Positions 24,631 through 34,351 of a stretch of 64,000 bases of DNA are shown one piece after another (the first letter of the stretch is position 1; each line of letters opens with the position of its first letter). Location of the stretch: positions 1,116,001-1,180,000 of the forward strand of contig OZ251244.1 in assembly GCA_965240325.2 (NCBI GenBank), in the 5' to 3' direction. The translations under genes and the position numbers were made by a program. A model generated the notes under the pieces. It was not told the DNA's origin and made no database searches. It worked only from the letters and a program-made list of their open reading frames with translations. The DNA comes from Rebecca billardiae RCC1528 (Eukaryota > Protista > Haptophyta).

Positions 24631-27600
24631 ACAGCCCGCCGCCCTCGCCGCCGCCGAGCCCGCCGCCGCCCACCGGCTGCGGCGACGCGCTCGCCGACAA
24701 CTACGACCCTCGGGTGGTCGTGGACGACCCCAGCGCGTGCCACTACCACGGCTGCATGGACCCGCTCGCGTGGAACTACGACTCGAGCGCGACGCATGAC
24801 CTGGGTGACCACTGCCGGTACCACCCGCCGCCGAGCCAGCCGCCGCCGCCGAGCCCGTCGCCGCCGCCGCCGTCGCCGCCGCCGGGCCCGCCGCCGCCGC
24901 CGCCGCCGAGCCCGCCGCCGCCGCCGCCGCCGCCCAGCCCGCCGCCGCCCTCGCCGCCGCCGAGCCCGCCACCGCCCACCGGCTGCGCCGACCGCGAGGC
25001 GGACAACTTCGATCCAAACGTCGTCGTCAACGTGCCGAGCGCGTGCCGCTACCACGGCTGCATGGACCCGCTCGCGTGGAACTACGACTCGAGCGCGACG
25101 CACGATCTGGGCACGCACTGCCGGTACGAGCCGCCGCCGAGCCCGCCGCCGCCGCCGCCGTCGCCGAGCCCGCCGCCGAGCCCACCGCCGCCGTCGCCGA
25201 GCCCGCCGCCGCCGCCGCCTGCGCCGCCGCCGAGCCCGCCGCCGCTGCCGCCGCCGCCGCGCCCGCCGCCGCCGTCACCGCCGCCGAGCCCGCCACCGCC
25301 CACCGGCTGTGGCGACCGTGCGGCGGACAACTACGACCCAAACGTCGTCGTCAACGACGCGAGCGCGTGCCGCTACCACGGCTGCATGGACCCTGCGGCG
25401 TGGAACTTCGACTCGACCGCGACGCACGATGCTGGGGCCCGCTGCCGATACGCACCGCCACCGAGCCACCCGCCGCCGCCGCCATCGCCGTCACCACCGC
25501 CGCCGCCGCCGTCGCCGAGCCCGCCGCCGCCGCCGCCGTCGCCGCCGCCGCCGCCGCCGCCCGGCTCGCCGCCACCGCCGTCGCCGAGCCCGCCGCCCAG
25601 CCCGCCGCCACCGACGCCGCCACCACCGTCGCCCAGCCCGCCGCCCAGCCCACTGCCGCCGCGCCCGCCGCCGCCCTCGCCCAGCCCGCCTCCGCCGTCG
25701 CCGAGCCCACCGCCCAGCCCGCCGCCGCCGACCCCGCCGCCGCCCTCGCCCAGCCCGCCACCGCCCTCGGCCCCGCCGAGCCCGCCGCCGCCCGCGGGCT
25801 GCGGCGACCGCGCGGCGGACAACTTCGACCCCCTCGTCGTCGTCAACGTGCCGAGCGCGTGCCGCTACCACGGCTGCATGGACCCGCTCGCGTGGAACTA
25901 CGACTCGAGCGCGACGCACGATCTGGGCACACACTGCCGGTACCAACCGCCTCCGAGCCCGCCGCCGCCGCCGCCGTCGCCGCCGCCGCCGCCGCCGCCG
26001 CCATCGCCGAGCCCGCCACCACCGCCGCCGAGCCCGCCGCCGCCGCCGCCGCCAGCGTCGCCACCGCGGCCGCCGCCGCCCTCGCCGAGCCCGCCGCCGC
26101 CATCGCCCAGCCCGCCGCCGAGCCCGCCGCCGCCGGCGCCGCCGCCGCCCTCGCCGAGCCCACCGCCCAGCCCGCCGCCGCCGATCCCACCGCCGCCCTC
26201 GCCCAGCCCGCCGCCGCCCTCGCCCTCCCCGCCGCCGCCCTCGCCCTCCCCGCCGCCGCCGCCCTCGCCCTCCCCGCCGCCGGCAGGCACCCAAGGCTGC
26301 TCCCCTTGCTTCTGGCGAGACGACATGGACGCGGGCGCGGCGCGCTGGTCGTTCCTGTCGCACCGCGCGCACACTAACCTGCTGCACGGCGAGGACTTCG
26401 ACGACTACTTCCGGCTTGCGTACTGGCGGCCGATCGGCTTCGAGCCGAGCACGCGGCCGAGCGCGCCGGGCAGCTTCCGCGCGGACGACTACGACCCGGA
26501 CTTCTCCGGCGTTCTCCGGAACGCGTGCGCGCACGCGTACAAGTGTGACGATGAGGCCGGCGGCGGGCAGCGGCGCGCGCTGACCGCGTCGCCGTACGAC
26601 TCGCTGCACGGCTGCGCCGACGGCAGCCGGCTGCTCCTGCAGCAGCTCGCGCTGCACGCCGTCGCCGCCGTCGCGAACGCGCACGCCGCCGCCGCCGGGC
26701 TGATGGACTATCCCTACACCCTCTCACAGATCCACGGCGACCGGAGCGCGTGCATTGGGCCGTACGACGCGGTGCCCGAGGGGCTGCTCGGCGGGACGTG
26801 GGGCGTGCACGCCGCGTTCGAGCCGAGCGGCCACGGCGCGCACAACACCGCGTACATGCGCGCGCTGCTCGACAAGCTGCAGGAGGCCAACAGCCACCGC
26901 GAGTGCCCGCTTGTGCGAGCGCCGCCGCCGAGCCCGCCGCCGCCGAGCCACCAGGGGTGCTCCCCGTGCTATTGGCGCCGAGATGCAATCTCGGGCAAGG
27001 CGGGCTGGGCGCTGGTGCACCTGCACGCGCGCGGGCCCGTGCTGCACGGCCCGCGCTTCGACGACTACTTCGGGCTGGCGTACTGGCGGCCCATTGGCTA
27101 CGAGCCGGGCGCGCAGCCCAGCGGGGGCGGCCGGTTCGACTGCGACGACTACGACCCGGACTTTGCCGGCGTGCTGCGCAACGCGTGCGCGGACACGTAC
27201 GACTCGTGCGACGAAGAGGCTGGCGGCCACCGGCGCGGCCGGCAGCTCACCGCGCGGCCCACCTCGCCGTACGACCAGCTCGGCGGCTGCGCCGACGAGT
27301 CGCGGCTCCTTCTGCAGCGGCTTGCGACGCAGGCCGTCGCCGCGGTCGCCAACGCGCACCTCGCCGCCGCCGGGCTGATGGACTATCCCTACACCCTCTC
27401 ACAGATCCACGGCGACTGGAGCGCGTGCATTGGGCCGTTCGACGCGGTGCCCGAGGGGCTGCTCGGCGGGACGTGGGGCGTGCACGCCGCGTTCGAGCCC
27501 TCCGCCAACGGCCGGCACAACACCGCGTACATGCGCGCGCTGCTCGCGCGGCTCGAGGCGGCCAACAACGGCAGGGATTGCCCGGTCGGCCGCAGCCCGC

Positions 27601-27760
27601 CGCCGGCGCCGCCTTCGAGCCCGCCAGCGCCCCCGAGGGCTGGCGGCGACGACGACGACGACGACGACTCGAGCAGCGGCGGTGGCGACGACGACGACGA
27701 CGATGACTCCGCCAGCGGTGGTGACGACGACGACGACGACGATGACTCCGCCAGCGGCGG

Positions 27761-27791
<31 letters not shown>

Positions 27792-28084
27792 AGCGGCGAC
27801 GACGACGACGACACGCCCAGTGGTGACGACGACGACGACGAAGCCGCCGGCGACGACGATGACGACGGCGGCTCTCCCGTCCCCCACGACCCAGCCGCTG
27901 ACTACTGCCCGCGCTGCAAGAAGGGCGGCGCGTGCAGCCACGCCTGCTGCGTGACGACGGCCGTCGACCGCGGCTCCAACGGCTGCTTCTCCGGCTGGAC
28001 CGAATCTGCATGCAGCGCGCAGACGGACGAGTACGTCTGGTGCGGCGCAGAGTACGCGGACTCGGGCAGTGGCGGTGCCGGCGG

Positions 28085-28117
<33 letters not shown>

Positions 28118-28190
28118 CGACGACGACAGCGTCCTCGACGAGTTGGCCGACTTTGACGGGCTGGACGACGACCGACGACGAAGCCGATGA
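21300..28190 (+). CDS. Giant secreted modular glycoprotein (~2296 aa): Cys-rich modules, VWD domain, extensin-like SPn linkers, 7 GCxD..NYD repeats, 2 tandem globular domains, poly-Asp tail
   Basis: Single uninterrupted ORF with signal peptide MALVARLCLLLALGAAA. Six C-x4-5-DP[WY]-x-CC..C..FD modules. VWD start CESVGDPHVTTFDGARYEYQGLG followed by a Cys-rich C8-like segment. Seven GC.D..ADN[YF]DP..YHGC.DP.AWN[YF]DS.ATHD units. Duplicated QGCSPC[FY]WR domain and Asp-rich C-terminus. Confidence 0.88.
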
Positions 28191-28476
28191 GTGGAGCCTG
28201 CGCGCTTGACTACTTGATGTGACAAGCTAGGACGTAAGTCCCGTACTGTATTCTTGTTACTGACGATTATTCTACGCTGATGATTTAAAGACACAGCAGG
28301 CACGACAGGGCGCAGCTCTCCTGATTCGTCGTCGTCTGACGACTCGTCTGTCGAAGTCGTAGTACTGAATATGGCGCGTCCATCCGCCGCGGTCTGAGCC
28401 GGATCGGTCGGACGCCAGCGCGGGCGCGGGTGAGGGAGTCGTGGCGTCGCACGTACGAGGCCGCATCGGCCATCAA

Positions 28477-30213
28477 TTATGAATTATTATGGCCGGCAGC
28501 CTGGCGGAGTGGCGCGGGGCTGCATGCATGCATTTGCTGCCTGTATATATATATATATGTATTACGCTGAATACGCACGGAGGCGGTCATCGCCGGCGAA
28601 GCGTAGTTGTTATTGACGACGTCGGTCTGCTCGGCGCCCCGGGACTCCGCGTCGACCAAGGCGGGCGGCAGCTGCGCGATGCGCGTGGGCCGCCAGACAA
28701 ACCCATTCGCGGCCGCCACGACGACGGCCCGGGTGGCATCGTCCGCACCATCGTGCGCCGTGTCCTGCTCTGCGTTCGGGCCGTGGCCGAGCGCGGCCGT
28801 TTGCATGCCGCACGAGTGCACGCCTCCGTCCGCACTGACAAAGAGCGAGTGGCTGTGGCCGAAGGAGCAGCCCACGACGCGCTCGTGCCTGAGGGCGTGC
28901 ACGCGCACGGGGGCGCCGACGCACGCCGGGGCTGCTGGCCCTTGGCCCAGCTCCCGGCACTTGTTGGCGCCGAACGTGTACACGCTGCCGTCAGCGCCGA
29001 GCACGGCGCTGCAGTCAAACCCCGTGCACGCGCGCACAGCGCGCACGCCCGCCAGCGCCTCGATGCGCGTGGGCACGTGGCAGGCTGACTGCTCGGGGGC
29101 GGCGTCGGCGAGGCAGCCCGACCTGCCCCAGCCGAAGCCGTGCACGCGCCCCGCGTCGTCCACCACCAGGCTGTGCGCGCTGCCCGCGCTCACGTGCACG
29201 GCGCGCACGCCGCCCAGCCAGAGGGGCTGAATTAATTTCGGAGTCCAAAAAGACTCGCGGCTCTCGTGCCCCAGCCGGCCGTGCTCGCCCGTGCCGCACG
29301 AGTAGACGGCGCCTTCGGCGTCGAGCAGCAGCGCGTGGCAGAAGCCCGCGCTCACCGCGCCGACGCGCACGCCGTCCAGCGCCTCGATGCGCTGCGGCGC
29401 CCACCGCTCAGTCCGGTCCGCGTGCCCCAGGTGGCCGAATTGATTAAAGCCCCAGCTGTAGGCCCCGCCGGTGGCGGTGAGAGCAAAGCCGTGGCGGATG
29501 CCGGCGGCGATGGCGACGACGGACGCGGGCGGGAGCGCCTCGACGCGGGCGAACGACCCGCGCGCCTCGCGGTCGCCGAGGCCCAGCTGGCCGCACCTGT
29601 TCTCGCCGCACGCGTACACCGCGCCGGCATCGCTGAGCGCGAGCAGGTGGGCCCAGCCAGCGGCCACCGCGCGCACGCGCACGGCTGCGAGCGAGGCGAC
29701 GCGCGTCGGCACCAGCACCTCCGCGGCGTGCGGGTGCCCCAATGCCGGGCACGGCCGGCGCTCGTCGGATGCCGCGTCGTCCACCGCCTCCTCGCCGCAC
29801 GTGTGTAGCACGCCCTCCGCGTCCACAAACGCGCTCAGGGCGAGGCCGCTGCGCGCCCTGCCGGCCACGGCGACGTCCGCCTGCGCGGCGGCGAGCTCGA
29901 GCACGCGCTCGAGCGCGAAGAGCTCCGCCGTCCACGTGCAGCTGCCCACCGGCAGCCGCGCAGGCAGCGAGCGCTCGTGCCCACGCGTGCGCGCGCGCTC
30001 GCGCAGCGCGTGCTCGACCGGCGAGCGGCCACCCGGCGGGCCGCGGAAGAGGCGCGAGGTGCCGTTGGCAGCGGTGAGGTCGCGCGCGTGCGCGAGAAAG
30101 CTCAGAATGCGATCGATGCCATCGGCGGGCAAGGATGCCAGCACGGGCCCGCGCTCCACGCCGGAGGGCTGCTCGCCGTCGGCGCGCGATGCGTCTTGAT
30201 GCTCGTCCGCCAT
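28477..30213 (-). CDS. F-box-like + RCC1 repeat protein, paralog 2
   Basis: LASLPADGIDRILSFLAHARDLTAANGTSRLF followed by RCC1 repeats collinear with 3244-4755. The last ~50 codons read into AT-rich, UTR-like sequence, so the 3' end is uncertain. Confidence 0.85.
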   Translation of the reverse strand: MADEHQDASRADGEQPSGVERGPVLASLPADGIDRILSFLAHARDLTAANGTSRLFRGPPGGRSPVEHALRERARTRGHERSLPARLPVGSCTWTAELFALERVLELAAAQADVAVAGRARSGLALSAFVDAEGVLHTCGEEAVDDAASDERRPCPALGHPHAAEVLVPTRVASLAAVRVRAVAAGWAHLLALSDAGAVYACGENRCGQLGLGDREARGSFARVEALPPASVVAIAAGIRHGFALTATGGAYSWGFNQFGHLGHADRTERWAPQRIEALDGVRVGAVSAGFCHALLLDAEGAVYSCGTGEHGRLGHESRESFWTPKLIQPLWLGGVRAVHVSAGSAHSLVVDDAGRVHGFGWGRSGCLADAAPEQSACHVPTRIEALAGVRAVRACTGFDCSAVLGADGSVYTFGANKCRELGQGPAAPACVGAPVRVHALRHERVVGCSFGHSHSLFVSADGGVHSCGMQTAALGHGPNAEQDTAHDGADDATRAVVVAAANGFVWRPTRIAQLPPALVDAESRGAEQTDVVNNNYASPAMTASVRIQRNTYIYIYRQQMHACSPAPLRQAAGHNNS

Positions 30214-30260
30214 GATTCCGTCGTGTCCTCCTGGGGCTCCCAGTGTACTGTTGTGCAGTT

Positions 30261-30346
30261 GTACAGTTTACTAAGAATAAGAGACGCACATGTACAGCCC
30301 AGGCAGTAAGTACTACGTACAGTTTACTAAGAATAAGAGACGCACA
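30261..30346. repeat. 30-bp perfect direct repeat (GTACAGTTTACTAAGAATAAGAGACGCACA) x2 with 26-bp spacer, ~50 bp upstream of paralog 2 ATG
   Basis: Copies at 30261-30290 and 30317-30346. Confidence 0.85.
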
Positions 30347-31516
30347 CAGCTCAGGGCCTCAGGCAGGCGAGATTGACGCCCGCCAACTGTCACCGCCCAT
30401 GAAGCCGTCGCCGATGGTAGCGCCGCCGGAAAAATTCGTTCAGCCGTCCGCCTGCGAGGCCTGGATGAGGGCTGCGGCCGCCTCGCGGCGCGCAATTGTA
30501 GCTAGTAGTTGGCGGGCGTCGATCCTTTGATGTACGGGCCGAGCCGCCGAGGTGCCGAGGCAGCGCGTCGTCAGGAGACCAATGGCCAAATGCCATTCAA
30601 TGAATCATCAATGTCATTCCGTCTCATGTCGGTCGTCTGACCTCAGCATCGTCAGCAGCTGCCACTGCACAAGGCTGCCACTCCAACCACTGACAGACCA
30701 GCGGGCAGCGGCGGCCTGAGTCTCTAAATCCACGAGGCCAACCCACGCAGGCCGTCGGGCCAGTGACTGCGCGCGGCCACAGCCTGCGAACAGAGCAGTC
30801 GGCGCCCGACTTTGCGGTCCACCAGCGGCGCCAGCCGACTAACTCGCCGCCCGAGTGGCCGCAGCAGCGGGACGCAAGGCCACGTCGTCCGGACTCAGGA
30901 AGTTGGGCGCCATCAGGCCATCGCCATCTGTGACTAGACCGGCTGGCGGACACATGGCCGTACACACTGCGTCACTCGCGGGCAGCGCGGCGGCGTGAGG
31001 CGGCATGGCGCGCCCCCATCATGCGCAAGCCTCGCCCCGGGCGCGCGCCCGACCCGCGCCGACCGCACCGCGCACCGCGTGCGCGTTGCCACGGCTGGCG
31101 CGTTGCCACGGCTGGCTCTTGGTGCGGCGCGCGGGCGCGGGCTAGCCTGAGGCACGGCGAGGGCGCCGGCGAGCGCGGTGCGCGGCGTAGGAGGGTACTG
31201 CGTGCTGTTCAGCTGGCGACCAACCACGCGCGCCGTGTCCGCGCCCGCTGCCGCGGGCGCAGGAGCACGAGGCGTGCGCACGCGAGCTACGCACCCTCCT
31301 CACAGTCTCAAAAAGCTGCCGCCGCCGGCCTGGGCCGGTCAGGGGAATCTGATTATTCCCGCGGGAATCAGACCGCGCAGCAGCCGGCGGGGCCGCGGCC
31401 GGCGGCCGGACCGGGCGGGGGAGGCACTATCCCTTGCCCTGTCCAAGCGGAAAGGGTGGCGTCCACCCAGCAGGCCAGCACCCTCCCTCCTGCCACCTCT
31501 TCTCGCGCTTGACTCG

Positions 31517-32989
31517 ATGGCCACGGCACAAACGTGCGCACCGCGCCGCGCGCTCGACGGCCTGCCGCACGACGCGCTCGAGCCTATCCTCGCGTTCGTG
31601 CCGCCGCGCGACCTCGCCAGCCTGAACGTCACCGCGCGCCTCTTCCACGCCGCGCGCCTTCCCGGCGAGCGCTCGCCGGTCGAGCACGCGCTGCGCGTGC
31701 GCGCGCGCGCGCGCGGGCACGAGCGCACGCTGCCCGAGCATAAGACGCTGCCCTCGGGCGTGCGTACATGCACGGAGGAGCTGTTCGAGCGCGAGCGCGT
31801 GCTTGAGCTCGCGATCGCGCATGCGTCCCCAGTCTCCGCAAGCGACTGCTTCAGTGCATTTGTGGACGCGGAGGGCGGGCTGCACACGTGCGGCGAGGAG
31901 CCAGCGAGGGACGAGGACGGACATCTGACGGGCAAGTATCGAGCGCACGCGGCCGTCGGTCACGTGGGACCGCTGGACGCGCGCGTGCCCACGCACGTCG
32001 CCTCCCTCAGCGCAGTGCGCGTGGCCGCTGTGGCCGCAGGCTCCTACCACCTGCTCGCGCTGAGCGACGACGGCACCGTGTACGCGTGCGGCCGCAATGG
32101 CTACGGCCAGCTGGGGCTGGGCGACAAGGAGGAGCGGCGTACATTCGCTCTGGTGGACGCCTTGCGGAGTGACGCCGTCGTGGGCATCTCGACCGGTACC
32201 TTCCACAGCGTCGCGCTCACTGCCGCTGGCTGTGCGTACAGCTGGGGTTGCAACAACTTTGGCCAGCTCGGCCACGCCGGCAAGAAGGAGAAGCTGAAGC
32301 CGACGCGCATCGAGGCGCTGGACGGCGTGCGCATCGGTGGCGTGGCAGCAGGCGCTCACCACACGCTGCTTCTATCTGCGCAAGGCGCCGTCTACTCGTG
32401 CGGTGAAGGCTTATTGGGCCGTCTCGGCAACGGCTACGAGCAGCAGCGGCGCACGCCGATGCGCATCGAGGCGCTCGCGAGCGTGCGCGCCGTGCACGTG
32501 AGCGCGGGCGCTGCGCACAGCCTGGTGGTGGACGCAGCAGGCAGCGTGTACTCGTTCGGATACGATGGGCGCGGCCAGCTCGGCCACGGTGCCCGTGGGG
32601 TACTTCTTTCCACGCCCCGGCGCATCGAGGCGCTCGCTGGTGTGCACGCCTTGCGCGCGTGCGCTGGCTACACCAGCAGCGCTGTGCTGGGCGCGGACGG
32701 CAGCGTGCACACGTTCGGGCACAACGAGTACGGCCAGCTGGGTCATGATGGCGCTGGCGAATTATCGATGCCCACGCGTGTTGGCGCCCTCGCCCAAGCT
32801 CGTGTGGCACGCTGCACCATGGGCCACTACCACTCGCTGTTTGTGAGTGCGGACGGCAGCGTGTACGCATGCGGCAAGCGCTCGGCTGCGCTCGGCCTCG
32901 GCATGAGCAAGGCCGAGCAAGACGAGCCCACCCAGCGGATTGACACGCCCACGTGCATCGAGACGGCGTGGCGTCCGCGTGTCTGCTGA
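31517..32989 (+). CDS. F-box-like + RCC1 repeat protein, paralog 3 (divergent from paralog 2)
   Basis: LDGLPHDALEPILAFVPPRDLASLNVTARLF, the shared linker SPVEHALR.RAR.RGHER, and RCC1 repeats (VYACGRNGYGQLGLG, AYSWGCNNFGQLGH, VHTFGHNEYGQLGH). Confidence 0.88.
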   Translation: MATAQTCAPRRALDGLPHDALEPILAFVPPRDLASLNVTARLFHAARLPGERSPVEHALRVRARARGHERTLPEHKTLPSGVRTCTEELFERERVLELAIAHASPVSASDCFSAFVDAEGGLHTCGEEPARDEDGHLTGKYRAHAAVGHVGPLDARVPTHVASLSAVRVAAVAAGSYHLLALSDDGTVYACGRNGYGQLGLGDKEERRTFALVDALRSDAVVGISTGTFHSVALTAAGCAYSWGCNNFGQLGHAGKKEKLKPTRIEALDGVRIGGVAAGAHHTLLLSAQGAVYSCGEGLLGRLGNGYEQQRRTPMRIEALASVRAVHVSAGAAHSLVVDAAGSVYSFGYDGRGQLGHGARGVLLSTPRRIEALAGVHALRACAGYTSSAVLGADGSVHTFGHNEYGQLGHDGAGELSMPTRVGALAQARVARCTMGHYHSLFVSADGSVYACGKRSAALGLGMSKAEQDEPTQRIDTPTCIETAWRPRVC

Positions 32990-33710
32990 CGCCTGCCTCC
33001 GAGCGGCGAGGGCAGGCAGCCGGAGCCGCTGCGGGCCTGCCGAGGTCGGGAGTGTGGAGGTGCGCGGGGGGAGGAGGGGCGGCGCCGCACGCTGGGCGCA
33101 CTGGGCGCGGCACGGTTACACACGGCACCGGCCACGGAGGGGGCAACAGCGCGCGTCTCCGGGCGGTGAGGGCTGCGGCACGGCAGCCGCACTTGCCGCC
33201 CCGGGCCCAGTGGCCAGTAGGTGTGGGGGTGGGTGAGTGGAGGGCGGCGGGGGGATGTTCGGGCCGGCGGGACGGCACGCGCGCCGAGAGGCTTGAGCAG
33301 TCCTGCCTGGAGGCGCTGAGTACGGATGACTGCCGAGTCCGGGGCGCCGTGCGGCGTGTAGTGTGCACTCTGAGCAGCTGCCCGGCGGCCCTCGGCATCG
33401 GCGGCGCGGCACTTTGACTTTAGCAGTGCCGACTGCGTGCCGCGAGCACTGGCGGACGGCGCGATGCGGCCATGCCGCGACTGCCCGGCTGATCGGCCGT
33501 TCCGGACTCTTGCCTCTTGGGCAGTGGCAGCCAGCTACGGGACCGATTATTACTGGTGAAGACGTATAACCGTCTCGGTCCGAGGCAATGGCCGAGCCGG
33601 GGATCCCGCAAGTTGGCACCGCATTCCGAAGCTTGGCCTGCCGGACTGCTGCGGCGCGGCGAGCTCGGCCCGCCGTGAAACGGTGGCGTCCGATCGGAGG
33701 TGGTGCACGC

Positions 33711-33995
33711 CTAGGCACGCGTTCCGGGTAGCCTGCGCTCAGACCGGTCGTACACGAGGACCGCGACAGCGAGGACGAAGAATGCCACGAGAGCCCACGT
33801 GAGCACGTCGACTAGTCTGTTGGCGACCTCGATGACGCCGATTGCATGCCTCTCCATGTCGTCGAGCTCCTGCTGCGCGGTCAGGCCAAGGCGATCGATA
33901 GCGTCGACGACGGGGCTCTGGATGAATCGCAGCCAGCGGTACGTGAGTCGGCCCGGCGCGTGCCACGCGCCCCGGAGCAGGCGGCCCACGAGCAT
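33711..33995 (-). CDS. Small hypothetical protein with one C-terminal TM helix
   Basis: 94-aa ATG ORF with protein-like composition and the hydrophobic stretch VLTWALVAFFVLAVAVLVY. No recognised domain. Confidence 0.35.
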   Translation of the reverse strand: MLVGRLLRGAWHAPGRLTYRWLRFIQSPVVDAIDRLGLTAQQELDDMERHAIGVIEVANRLVDVLTWALVAFFVLAVAVLVYDRSERRLPGTRA

Positions 33996-34351
33996 GCCTC
34001 TTGCGCCCGCAGGCGTGCGTGCGTGACCGCCTGCGACCAGCAGAATGATGTCGAACTCCGCGCGAACGTTTCAGAGGGCAGCGTGCCAGCGTCCATTCTT
34101 GGCATATGCGGGTAAAGTTTTGGCTATATCGCTCATGTTTCGCGTTTGGCGGACTATCACGGCGGCTATAATCATGAGGTCCTCGCTGCTTACAAACCAA
34201 CCCCGCCGCACTATCTACTCATACCCAGCTCTGGCCAGGGCGGGACGACGACGGTTAAGCCCTGCGCTTGGCGGCCCGCGGCTGGCTCGGGACACCAGCC
34301 CTGCCAGCGCTGTCGTCGTCGCCCACGCCCGGCAGCGCGCGCCTGGGCGGC

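Noticed and set aside
18852-26684. Long Arg-rich, Gly-rich or Ala-rich ORFs overlapping the Pro-rich genes (e.g. 23278-26583, 22833-25118)
   Set aside because: These are shadow frames of CCG repeats in very GC-rich DNA, with no independent coding signal.
30261-30346. CRISPR-like repeat-spacer-repeat
   Set aside because: Only two repeats, no cas genes, eukaryotic context.
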